Position numbers and translations under genes: made by a program
Notes under the pieces: generated by a model
Told to the model about the DNA's origin: nothing
Databases searched by the model: none
Seen by the model: the letters and a program-made list of their open reading frames with translations, nothing else
Shown: one piece after another, positions 9,601-20,928 of the stretch
Layout: each line of letters begins with the position of its first letter
How positions within the stretch are numbered: position 1 is the stretch's first letter
Source of the DNA: Octopus bimaculoides
Lineage: Eukaryota
Length of the DNA: 64,000 nt
NCBI RefSeq assembly: GCF_001194135.2
Contig: NC_069000.1
Span: 44,819,916-44,883,915, forward strand
Reading direction: 5' to 3'

Positions 9601-12360
9601 GAAAATATATTTTTTGTTAACAACAAACGTTATGTTGTGTCCTTATTGCCTTTTTGCATTACGTTTTCATGAACATTTTTACATTTTATAAAAAAGTTTC
9701 AATGTAAGCAATTTTGACTTTGCGATCTCCTTGACCGTCCTCACAAATGTGCCACAAACCCATTGCATGGGACCAGCTGGTTGAAGGGAATTTAAGGACT
9801 ACTGATGCCCCTATCACAGTTCTTCTTCATGTAGAAATAGCTGAAAGACTACATATAATTACATTTGTCAACTGTATGTATTTACTATATATATATATAT
9901 ATATATGCACACACATATATATTCATACATATATACATACATATATAAATACATACATACATACATATATACACATACATATATATATAAATATATTTAT
10001 GTATGCATATAAATACTATATATGCATACGTAAGTTATGTGTTGGATATAAATACATGTGTATATGTGTAATATATACACAAAATTATACACATATGTAT
10101 AGATACTTGTATGTGTGTATATATATATATGTGTATTTATATAAATGTATACATGTATATATATATATATGTATTTATATAAATGTATACGTATATATAT
10201 ATATATTTATATAAATGTATACATGTATATATCTGTACACTTATACACATGTATTCATACATATATACGTGTGTGTGTGTGTGTGTATACACACACACAC
10301 GTGTATGTGTCTATGCATTAAGTCCCTATTTGCTATTTAAAATATAGATCATTATTTATTACTAAACGTGAGATGGTTTTTAGATAGCTTGGAATGGGGG
10401 GGGGTGCAATACAGGTTTGGTTTCATTTTTGTAAATATCCAAAATGGCACAACATATTGTATATGTTTAACCATTCTTCATCTAAATATCTTGTACATAC
10501 CATATATATTATATACACACACACACATATATATTCACACATCTATAAAAAATATATATATATATATATATAATATATATAGCTCTGCTGATATATATAA
10601 ACTTTTTATTTTGTTTATTGTTATAGTTTGATATTTTTAATTTTTCTATTTTGCTTNNNNNNNNNNNNNNNNNNNNNNNNNNNNNNNNNNNNNNNNNNNN
10701 NNNNNNNNNNNNNNNNNNNNNNNNNNNNNNNNNNNNNNNNNNNNNNNNNNNNNNNNNNNNNNNNNNNNNNNNNNNNNNNNNNNNNNNNNNNNNNNNNNNN
10801 NNNNNNNNNNNNNNNNNNNNNNNNNNNNNNNNNNNNNNNNNNNNNNNNNNNNNNNNNNNNNNNNNNNNNNNNNNNNNNNNNNNNNNNNNNNNNNNNNNNN
10901 NNNNNNNNNNNNNNNNNNNNNNNNNNNNNNNNNNNNNNNNNNNNNNNNNNNNNNNNNNNNNNNNNNNNNNNNNNNNNNNNNNNNNNNNNNNNNNNNNNNN
11001 NNNNNNNNNNNNNNNNNNNNNNNNNNNNNNNNNNNNNNNNNNNNNNNNNNNNNNNNNNNNNNNNNNNNNNNNNNNNNNNNNNNNNNNNNNNNNNNNNNNN
11101 NNNNNNNNNNNNNNNNNNNNNNNNNNNNNNNNNNNNNNNNNNNNNNNNNNNNNNNNNNNNNNNNNNNNNNNNNNNNNNNNNNNNNNNNNNNNNNNNNNNN
11201 NNNNNNNNNNNNNNNNNNNNNNNNNNNNNNNNNNNNNNNNNNNNNNNNNNNNNNNNNNNNNNNNNNNNNNNNNNNNNNNNNNNNNNNNNNNNNNNNNNNN
11301 NNNNNNNNNNNNNNNNNNNNNNNNNNNNNNNNNNNNNNNNNNNNNNNNNNNNNNNNNNNNNNNNNNNNNNNNNNNNNNNNNNNNNNNNNNNNNNNNNNNN
11401 NNNNNNNNNNNNNNNNNNNNNNNNNNNNNNNNNNNNNNNNNNNNNNNNNNNNNNNNNNNNNNNNNNNNNNNNNNNNNNNNNNNNNNNNNNNNNNNNNNNN
11501 NNNNNNNNNNNNNNNNNNNNNNNNNNNNNNNNNNNNNNNNNNNNNNNNNNNNNNNNNNNNNNNNNNNNNNNNNNNNNNNNNNNNNNNGAGGTGGGGATGT
11601 GAATGGATTAGAGGTACCCAAGTGGGGGAGATATGGGGCCAGTCAGCTCTAAGGAACAGGCTTGTGATAGAAAAGAGAGTAAAGAGGCAGTACGGCTGTT
11701 GACCAGAGGCTGGAGTGTCCAGTTAGTGATGAAGTGCCACTCAGCTGAGTGACCCTTCTCTAAATGCTGTGCAAGATGTCTGTGTGTATAGCAACAGGTG
11801 TGAGGTCAGTGCTTCAGCTGTTGGGGACCAGAATACAAGTGGTCCACTTTATTTAGAAATACCATCATCAGTTTTTTTTTTTTGGATCAGACTGAGTTCT
11901 TTGAAGCAGATTTCCAAAGAACAGATGCCCTTCCTGTTGTCAGCCCTCACCTCTTTCCAAACAAGGTAAAATCCCACCCCACCCCCATGGCCAGATATAT
12001 TTTTCACAGAAGATTGGAAATAAGTGATACTAAAGTAAGAGCAGTAAGTGCTTTTATCCAAAACACGTTCTTCCTCGTTATTAACCAACCTTGAAGAAAG
12101 TAAAAACTACCACAAATTTTTGTTTATTTACCTTTGCATGTTTAAAAAAAAACTTTATTTTTTTTTCCTTTTATCTCCTGTGATTTGCAGTTTTGCTTAC
12201 AAACTTCTTGCGTCTCATATTCTTCTCGCTGTGATGTATGTGAGAGAGAACCAGGCTTATTTCATTCATAGACTCATTTAGATTCGTACACCAGGTTTAT
12301 TTGTCACTTCTTAAAACTAAATTTGTCATGCCACATTACTATTTATTAATTATTATTAAA

Positions 12361-12597
12361 GAGGCAGTGAGTTGGCAGAATCGTTAGCACTTCAGGCAAA
12401 ATGCTTACCAGTATTTCGTCTGCCGCTACGTTCTGAGTTCAAATTCCGCCGAGGTCGACTTTGCCTTTCATCCTTTCGGGGTTGATTAAATAAGTACCAA
12501 GTTATGCACTGGGGTCGATATAATCGACTTAATTCCTTTGTCTGTCCTTGTTTGTCTCCTCTGTGTGTAGCCCCCTGTGGGCAGTAAAGAAATAAGA
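12361..12597 (+). mobile_element. tRNA-derived SINE, near full-length copy
   Basis: Matches the 147-355 family end to end. Confidence 0.75.
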
Positions 12598-12945
12598 ATC
12601 ATTAGCATACCAAACGAAAATGCTTTGGAACATTTCTTTTGGCTTCAAATTCTGCTAAGGTCAACTTTGCCTTCCATTCTTTCAGAGTTGAGGAAATATG
12701 TACCAGTTGAACACTGGGGGTCAATATAACCAACTAGTCCCCTCCCTCCCTCCCNNNNNNNNNNNNNNNNNNNNNNNNNNNNNNNNNNNNNNNNNNNNNN
12801 NNNNNNNNNNNNNNNNNNNNNNNNNNNNNNNNNNNNNNNNNNNNNNNNNNNNNNNNNNNNNNNNNNNNNNNGCTGGCCGAATTGAACAACAATGCTTACC
12901 AATTTAATGCTGGTAGTGTCACACATTTTTAATACAGTGTATATA

Positions 12946-12986
<41 letters not shown>

Positions 12987-13109
12987 CAATGATGATAGTG
13001 GGTGTAATGTTGAGAAGGCTTCATGCATATACTAGAATATATAAATTTAAAAAAACCAAGTGTGTGTGTATGTAAGTATATATGTGTGTGTATATTATAT
13101 ATATATACA

Positions 13110-13315
13110 CACACACAAAGGGCTGTTGTTCCTGGCTTTAAGGGTGTTGCAAAAGGCCTGGTTGGAGGCCCAACCTTCCAAGTTCTTTTACAGGGCTTGG
13201 AAAACCTGAAGGACCACTGCAATAAGTTTGTGAATCTGAGAAGGGGAATATGTTGAACCAAACCTTAACTCTTGTATTTTACTGAAAACCAAGAACTTTT
13301 CAGCACCACCTCACG
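13110..13315 (+). mobile_element. Mariner-derived MITE, degenerate copy
   Basis: Same internal sequence; right TIR ctttttcagcaccacctc. Confidence 0.65.
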
Positions 13316-15696
13316 TGTGTGTGTGTGTGTGCAACCTCTTGGTTAGGCAACTTGGCTCTTCAACTCAACGTTCAAACAGTTCTGCCAATCTGTCACTATT
13401 AATAATAATAATAATTCTTTCTACGAGTGGCACAGAGCTGAGATTTTGTGAGGAGTCGAGGGTTAGTCAATTACATCAACCCCAGTAACTTGGCTGGTAC
13501 TTTATTTTATTGATCCTGAAAGGATAAAAGCAAAAGGCTACTCCAGTGGGGTTTGAACTCAGAATGTAAAGAGCCGTAAATAAAAACCACCAGGCACTTT
13601 GTCCCATACTGTAATGGTTCTGCCAGTCAACTGCCCTTCAAATAATAATATTCCAGTGATTGGTTCTGCTCACTTGGTTAAAATTATTATCATGAAAATT
13701 AATTATTAAAGAGAAAACAAGTAGTTTTATTTAGGAAGGGATCAATAGTTCCAAGTGTACGAATTAAAGGTTCTTTTGTTCAAAGACCTGATGTTATAAT
13801 TATAAACAGATACAATGCCTGCGTATATATATATATGTATGTATATATATATATATAAGCTTTTTTGCCAAATGCCATAGGGCAGAGACACATAACTTTT
13901 GGTAAACTGAACCAAGTCTTCAACGTACAGTTCTTGCTTTGAGTTTGTTTGTCTTAAATGGTTTTTGGTAAAGGCATGAACACCATTACATTACATTATT
14001 ATTTTTTGGGGACCAAAATTCTATTTGAGAATTGTATAAATTGTTTGATGTTGAACTCACATTTTGGAATTTTAGCAGAACTTTGCAGGTTTTTTTTTTT
14101 TTCGTGTGTGTGTGTGTGTGGTATGACAACAGACCATATTTTCCAACATACAAGTCACTTTTCAGACCAAAAAAATATTTTTAAAAAAAGGGACAACTTT
14201 GGAGGACCAATAATTCCCAGGATAAACTAGTGATGATGTTTGAATGTGTATGCTCTGTTACTTCAACTTGTATTTTGGAAAATATAGTAGAATTACTGAG
14301 AAACATGTCAAAGGAGAATGGGAACAACAGATTTGATTATCTTTCAGCAAAGAAGCTTTTAAATTTGTCGTATAAGAATCATTTTGATCATATCAATAAC
14401 TGTTTTTACCAAGTTTTGACAATCTGTGATGCATATCAAGTAAATAACATAACATAAACCAAATATATTGCCTTAAAGAAAATTTGTATTCAGAAAGAAG
14501 GGGCAGCAAAACAAAAAAACAATTGCATTTGTTTAAAAAAAAAAAAAAAAAATTGCCTTTTCCAACAGCAATTTTTGTAATTATATGTTGTGACTTTTTT
14601 GTAGTGTATTTTAATTTTTTCTTTTTTTTAGTTCAACATTCATTGAAATTAATGAATTCTATCCAACTGACTGCTGTATAACCTGTTTTTTTTTTTTGTT
14701 TTGTTTTTTTGTAACATTTTTATCTACTTTGGTTTAACCCTTTAGCATTCAGATTCTTAAAGAATACATTCAGGCATTTTCCAGCAGCTTGAAGATTTCA
14801 ATGATGTAATTGTGATTTTGTTTCTTTTTTACAATGGCATTGTNNNNNNNNNNNNNNNNNNNNNNNNNNNNNNNNNNNNNNNNNNNNNNNNNNNNNNNNN
14901 NNNNNNNNNNNNNNNNNNNNNNNNNNNNNNNNNNNNNNNNNNNNNNNNNNNNNNNNNNNNNNNNNNNNNNNNNNNNNNNNNNNNNNNNNNNNNNNNNNNN
15001 NNNNNNNNNNNNNNNNNNNNNNNNNNNNNNNNNNNNNNNNNNNNNNNNNNNNNNNNNNNNNNNNNNNNNNNNNNNNNNNNNNNNNNNNNNNNNNNNNNNN
15101 NNNNNNNNNNNNNNNNNNNNNNNNNNNNNNNNNNNNNNNNNNNNNNNNNNNNNNNNNNNNNNNNNNNNNNNNNNNNNNNNNNNNNNNNNNNNNNNNNNNN
15201 NNNNNNNNNNNNNNNNNNNNNNNNNNNNNNNNNNNNNNNNNNNNNNNNNNNNNNNNNNNNNNNNNNNNNNNNNNNNNNNNNNNNNNNNNNNNNNNNNNNN
15301 NNNNNNNNNNNNNNNNNNNNNNNNNNNNNNNNNNNNNNNNNNNNNNNNNNNNNNNNNNNNNNNNNNNNNNNNNNNNNNNNNNNNNNNNNNNNNNNNNNNN
15401 NNNNNNNNNNNNNNNNNNNNNNNNNNNNNNNNNNNNNNNNNNNNNNNNNNNNNNNNNNNNNTAAATAACTGAAAAAAAATTTTGTTGAAATCTGTGTGAT
15501 ACAGACTGCATACGCGTTAAGAACGTTTCATTCTTTGATACAGATCGTATGCAAATTGTCAGTTTAATTCTCAACGTGTGGGGCATGGTAATATTTGGGT
15601 AGGGTTATTTATTACACAATGTTTACTATACCAATAAGAGAAAGGGGGCAATTCGAGAATGAGGTATTAAAATAAAAATCCTTTACATCCCTTCTG

Positions 15697-15875
15697 TTGA
15701 CACTTTAGAGACAACAGGTCGTTTCCATCATATTCATGATCTGATGTCACTAAAGTGTTAATAAAATTATTTTTTGACACTTTAGAGACAACAGGTCGTT
15801 TCCATCATATTCATGATCTGATGTCACTAAAGCGGGAATAAAATTATTTTTTGACACTTTAGAGACAACAAGTCG
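15697..15875. repeat. 77-bp tandem repeat, about 2.3 copies
   Basis: gacactttagagacaac starts at 15699, 15776 and 15853. Confidence 0.9.
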
Positions 15876-16996
15876 TAAGATTATTTCCTTAGATTTAGTG
15901 GTATGTGAAAACGTAGTTGTTTTTATTTATTTATCACCCGATGAGATATATCTTGCTCCTGAACCAGTTGTTGAGGGTCCCATAAGAGGAATTGATGCTA
16001 GATGTATCAAAACAATTGTCATGATTAATAATAAATTCCCATATATTCCATTTTCTGTCTTTCATTTGTTTATATATATATATATAAAAAGCACAATTTA
16101 TTTGCAATCAAAGTTGTTTGAAAACTGGGGTACTTACTGTATATATATGATGATGATATATAAGGATTAGAATATCCTGGGGTCTGTGGGAAAAGGGGTC
16201 CTTGGTAGTGAAAAAGTTGGGACCCATTACATGTTGTAAAGTGGTTGGTGTTAGGAAGAAGGGCGTTTGTTGCAATCTGTGCTAGAACGGAAAAATAGAA
16301 GTCCCACAGTCTGGCACCCTTGACCAAGTGTATCCTATTCAAGTCCCCAGGCCAATGAAAGCCTTGTGAATGGATTTGGTAGACAGAAACTGGAAGAAGA
16401 CCATCGTGTGTCTTTGTGTTTGATCCCAACTACCACTTTGCAACCAGTGCTGGTTTGTTTACATCCCCATAACTTAGTGGAGTGTCAAAAAGAGGCTGAT
16501 TGAATAATTACCAGGCTTAGAAATAAGTCCTGGGGTCAGTTTATTTGCCTTAACTGTTGTAGGTAATGCTCCAGCATTGCCACAGTCCAAGACTGAAACA
16601 GGTAAAAAGGTAAGTATTATTATTTGCACATATTTAGAAAAAAATGGTTCTCTTAGAAGTGTTAAAATGCAGAAAAGAAGTCAGCAGCAAAATTGAAGTT
16701 TGACTCTCTTCCTTCTAATGAATTGTGTTATTAGCTCAGTTCAGAATGAAAAACCTACAAAAGTAAATTTGGTTGTGAAGGCCAGGTCAGCTGGCCACAA
16801 ATATAAGGTGGTCTGAGAAATGAAGTTTCCACTGATGTCACTTATCTTCAAAGAATCAACACATTGGTTGTCAGTCTCTGACAGGCAAAGAATTGGGTCT
16901 GCGATGATCATGTGACTGGAGTCATTTCACACTGCATTTGGTTTTTTAACAAGAAATCTTGTGTATGAAAATCGAAGTTTGGTAGAGATGACATCC

Positions 16997-17216
16997 TTAA
17001 CCATTTTGTTACCAACCCGGCTGAAACTGGCTCTGAGTACAAATGTCTTGTTTTCAAAAGTTTTGAATTAAAATTTTCCACCAAACAGTCACAATTTATG
17101 TTCCTCACACTAGCTTAATGATAACGAAGTTGTTTTACTAAATTCTTTGTTATATTTAAAATGAATTGAAAGAAACACAGAGCATCTTAAAATAAATACA
17201 GTAATGAAAGGGTTAA
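16997..17216. mobile_element. piggyBac-type MITE flanked by TTAA
   Basis: TTAA-ccattttgttac ... gtaatgaaaggg-TTAA; related copies at 61563-61725 and 48220-48570. Confidence 0.7.
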
Positions 17217-17699
17217 AATTGCACACTGTCCAATCAGTATGTCGCTATTAGAGAGAGGTAACTGATATTTCTGTGATGCCATAATGCAATTGGAAACAGC
17301 CAGATGTGATCTGTGAAGTTTACACAGCTGTTGGTGGTGGTCAATACCATGATCTTCACTGTGTCCACAGCGGGGGGTGGCGTGTACCAGTAAAATGATA
17401 TAAAAATCATGTCTCTACTCACCATCACCCACAAAATCAGCTTTAGTCTCAGGCTTTTGCTGACTACACTCCTGGATAGGAAGAAAATCTATTTCCTTGA
17501 AGCATGAAGAACAAAGTATCTTGATCTTGCTATGAAGTTTCACAAACTGTTTGTCGTATATACAATATGCTATCTGAAGAAATAATGATAAACAGATGCC
17601 ATCAATGTGGCCCCCAGATCAATATTAAGTAAATATACAGTCTATTTTGAGTAAAGAGTAGAACTCAGCTTCAAGTACGGGCATGATGAGTACAGATTA

Positions 17700-17705
17700 T
17701 TTATT
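17700..17705 (-). terminator. Candidate NOMO polyadenylation signal AATAAA
   Basis: tttatt on + about 170 nt past the stop codon; usage not demonstrated. Confidence 0.45.
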
Positions 17706-17872
17706 GATGTACAAAAAAGTACCAAAAATACACCCACCTCCAAAATATTTGTATCTCACAAAAAAGGGAATTGTTACACACACACACACACACACACATA
17801 CGCACACACATATGCACACTAGTATTAATAAATAAATGGAATGAAACACAAAAACCAGAGATATTTGAAGGA

Positions 17873-18019
17873 TCAATCAGATTTTCTTGATTTAAATCTT
17901 CGTTTACTTGGATTATTTTCAGGAGCTAATAAAGTTTCTGTGATAACAGGATTGCTTGGTTCTGCTGTCACTTGAGAGACAAGGTTCCTAGCTTGGTTAA
18001 TTACGTCCATAAAAGATAT
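17873..18019 (-). CDS. NOMO1: NOMO exon 31, cytoplasmic tail (ISFMDVINQ...NPSKRRFKSRKSD*)
   Basis: cag acceptor, 48 codons then TGA; basic C-terminus as in other NOMOs. Confidence 0.85.
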   Translation of the reverse strand: MSFMDVINQARNLVSQVTAEPSNPVITETLLAPENNPSKRRFKSRKSD

Positions 18020-20896
18020 CTGTGAAACAGAGAGAGAGAGAGAGTTTTCAACATTGGCTTCTCACAAATAACTAAAGCAGAAAATGGTGATTTCCTCACC
18101 CATTCTCAAAAGAGTTTTGTCTTGCAGGTTACTTAGTGACCCTGTCAGTGCAGGTGCCACTTTAAAAACATCCAGTTCACAGTGTAAAGTGGATGGTGTT
18201 TGGAAGGGCATCCAGTTGTAAAAACCTTGCCAAAACTGACCTCACCTGTGCTTGTGCCTTTAAAAGACTGCGTATAAAACTGTTTCATCAATCGAATATG
18301 TCAAAACAATAATTCTATGTCTGACTGTACACAAACATTAAATATAATTGTACTCATCTATATTTTAATCATTACTGTTTAGTGAGCCTTTAAATATTTA
18401 GAGTAAGTGCAGACGGGGTTGGTGAGTATTAGGGTCAGGTTAGGGGTGGGGGAGGATGTTTGCTTTTAACATTTCACTGGCTTTAATCCTTGACACCACC
18501 TAAAGTGTGGTCAGGATTCAGAACAGAAAGGGACTATAACGAAATACTAGACATTATGTCAATTCTATCAGCTACACTTTGTAATGTGTGAGAAAAATAA
18601 AATTCATTTAGCTTACCTTGCTTAAATTATGTCGGAATTTATAGGCCATATATATGGCACCAAGAACCATTAGAGCAAACGGTAACAGCAAGAAAGAGGT
18701 CTGGTTGAGATCTTGGTCCAAGAGACGACGCTGATGAAAGAAATTGGTAAAATCAACTCTTAGATGTTTAGACTGTGTAGACAGGTGAAAAAAGATGTGT
18801 GTGTGTGTGTGAGTCCTGAGGTCTCAATGTGTTTGAATGTATGTTGGTATGTGTATCTGATAGTGTGTTTATGTGTCACCCTTCTTTATTTCTAGCCTCC
18901 ATTCCCTCTTTCAAGGTCACTAATTATTGACATCCCTTCCACTCATACCCCCAACCCCTTTACAACTACCCATCACTCCCTTTCTCTTCTTACCTCCTAC
19001 CATTGTCCCCTACTATTTCAGTCTCACCGCACTTGGCTATTGCTTACAGTTTCTCTTCATTTACTCCTTCGAACACAGACTCCCTGCTTTCCTCCATCCT
19101 GTCACTCTAATCACCAGGTCTCCCTCATCACACACCCACTTCTTCCTCTTTTCACCCTGGTTCATCGTCATTGTATAATGACAATGGTGCTTGACTTTAC
19201 ATCTATGATGCAACGTCAAGTCAAGGACACACAGACACACACACACACATGGTTACATATATACAACAGGCTCTCTTTTGGTTTCTGTCCACTAAATCCA
19301 CTTATAAAGGCTTTGATCAGCCCAGGTCTGTTGTTAAAAGACACTGGCCCAAGATGCCATGCAGTGGGACTGAACTTGAAACCATGCAACAAGGAAGCAA
19401 ACTCCTTGGCCACACCATCACACGTCAAAAAGATGATGATGATGATATCTTTGACCACGTTACCTACTACTTTTCGCATCCATTTTGCCAAGAAATCCAG
19501 ACTGAATTTCTTACCTTTGGATCAAACTTGAAGGTGAAGTGTTTATATGCAGTGTCGGCTACAAAGTTGTATTCTGGGAGTTGGTAGTCATACATCGAAC
19601 GAGAAAGAGAACTTTCCAGACGTAAGTTGTATCCCTGAAATAATAATAATAATAATAATGGTTTCAAATTTTGACACAAGGGCAGCAATTTTGGGGGGAG
19701 GGGATGGGTTGATTACATCGACCTCATTGTTCAACTGGCATTATTTTATCAACCTCCAAAAGGATGAAAGGTAAAGTCGACCTTGGCAGAATTTGAACTC
19801 AGAATGCAGCGATAGACAAAGCACTAAGCATTTCGTCTGGCGCACTAATGATTCAGCCAGATCACCGCCTTAATAATAATAATAATAATAATAATAATAG
19901 TAATAATAATAATAATCCTTTCTACTGGAAACACAAGGCCTCAATTTTAGGGGAAGGGATTAAGTCGATTACATTGATCACAGTGCATAACTGGTACTTA
20001 TTTAATCGACCTTGAAAGGATGACAGGCAAAGTTGACCTTGGCAGAATTTAATAATAATAATAATAATAATTATTATTATTATTTCAAATTTTTTCGACA
20101 AGGGATGAATCAATTACATTGCCCCCAGTGTTTCACTGGTACTTAGTTTATCGACCCTGAAAGGATGAAAGGCAAAGTCAACCTCGGCAGGATTTGAACT
20201 CAGAACGTAGAAATGGGACTATTTCAGTGTGAACAAACATAGACTTCATCTTGGCCCCTTCCTGCTCTTGACACCCAACAGAACATGATGGATGTGACAG
20301 CTGGAGGGAGAGAGAACTGCACCAGCACCCAGCTGGTCCTCATTTTTCAGCTGAGTAGCCTGGAGTAATGTGAAATGAAGTGCCTTGCTCAACAACAGAA
20401 CATACTGCTTGGTCCAAGAATTGAAACCTGCTCATGACTGTGAGCTCAACACCCTCGCCACTGGATCATACACTTTCTAAGCACTTGACATAGCAATAAA
20501 AAAATTGCTTTTCTTCCTGAAATGTTGTTCACACCTGGAATACCTTTAATCATAAATTTCCAAAAATAGGGATGACTTCAGGCTGATTAACATAATTAAC
20601 CATCATAAAAGCCCCATGAGGGAAAATAAACTTATTAAGCTTACCTTGTGGTCTGTTGGTAGAGATGGTAGGTAGAAGAAACTTGTAGCTCCCAGGGTAA
20701 CACTGTAAGTTGGAGAATCTGGACTTTCATCTTTATACAAGACAACCTGGTCAAAGAGAATGGCAACAGAATGGTCAAGAAAGGACAAGAGAATGGAAAA
20801 TGAATGCTAACTGAAGGGCAAGGGAATGGCAATTGAATGCTAAGTGTTTGTCTCTTTCCCTTTCTTCTCTCTCAACCTTTCTCTCTACCAACCTCA

Positions 20897-20928
<32 letters not shown>

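Noticed and set aside
9745-9840. Possible selenoprotein exon (single in-frame TGA: AIST*RRTVIG)
   Set aside because: No match to recalled Sec motifs (CxxU, UxxC, GPx, DIO) and no SECIS identified.
7557-10214. ORFs rich in YI/CV/HT repeats
   Set aside because: Translations of (TA)n, (TG)n and (CA)n microsatellites.
10509-11652. Long ORFs of 190-370 aa in the ORF track (also at 14798-15586, 23116-23877, 31023-31791, 55015-55386)
   Set aside because: They are runs of X across assembly N-gaps, not coding sequence.
16750-16920. 56-codon open frame on - (MIIADPILCLSETDNQC...)
   Set aside because: No recognisable homology and only weak splice signals; within chance expectation.
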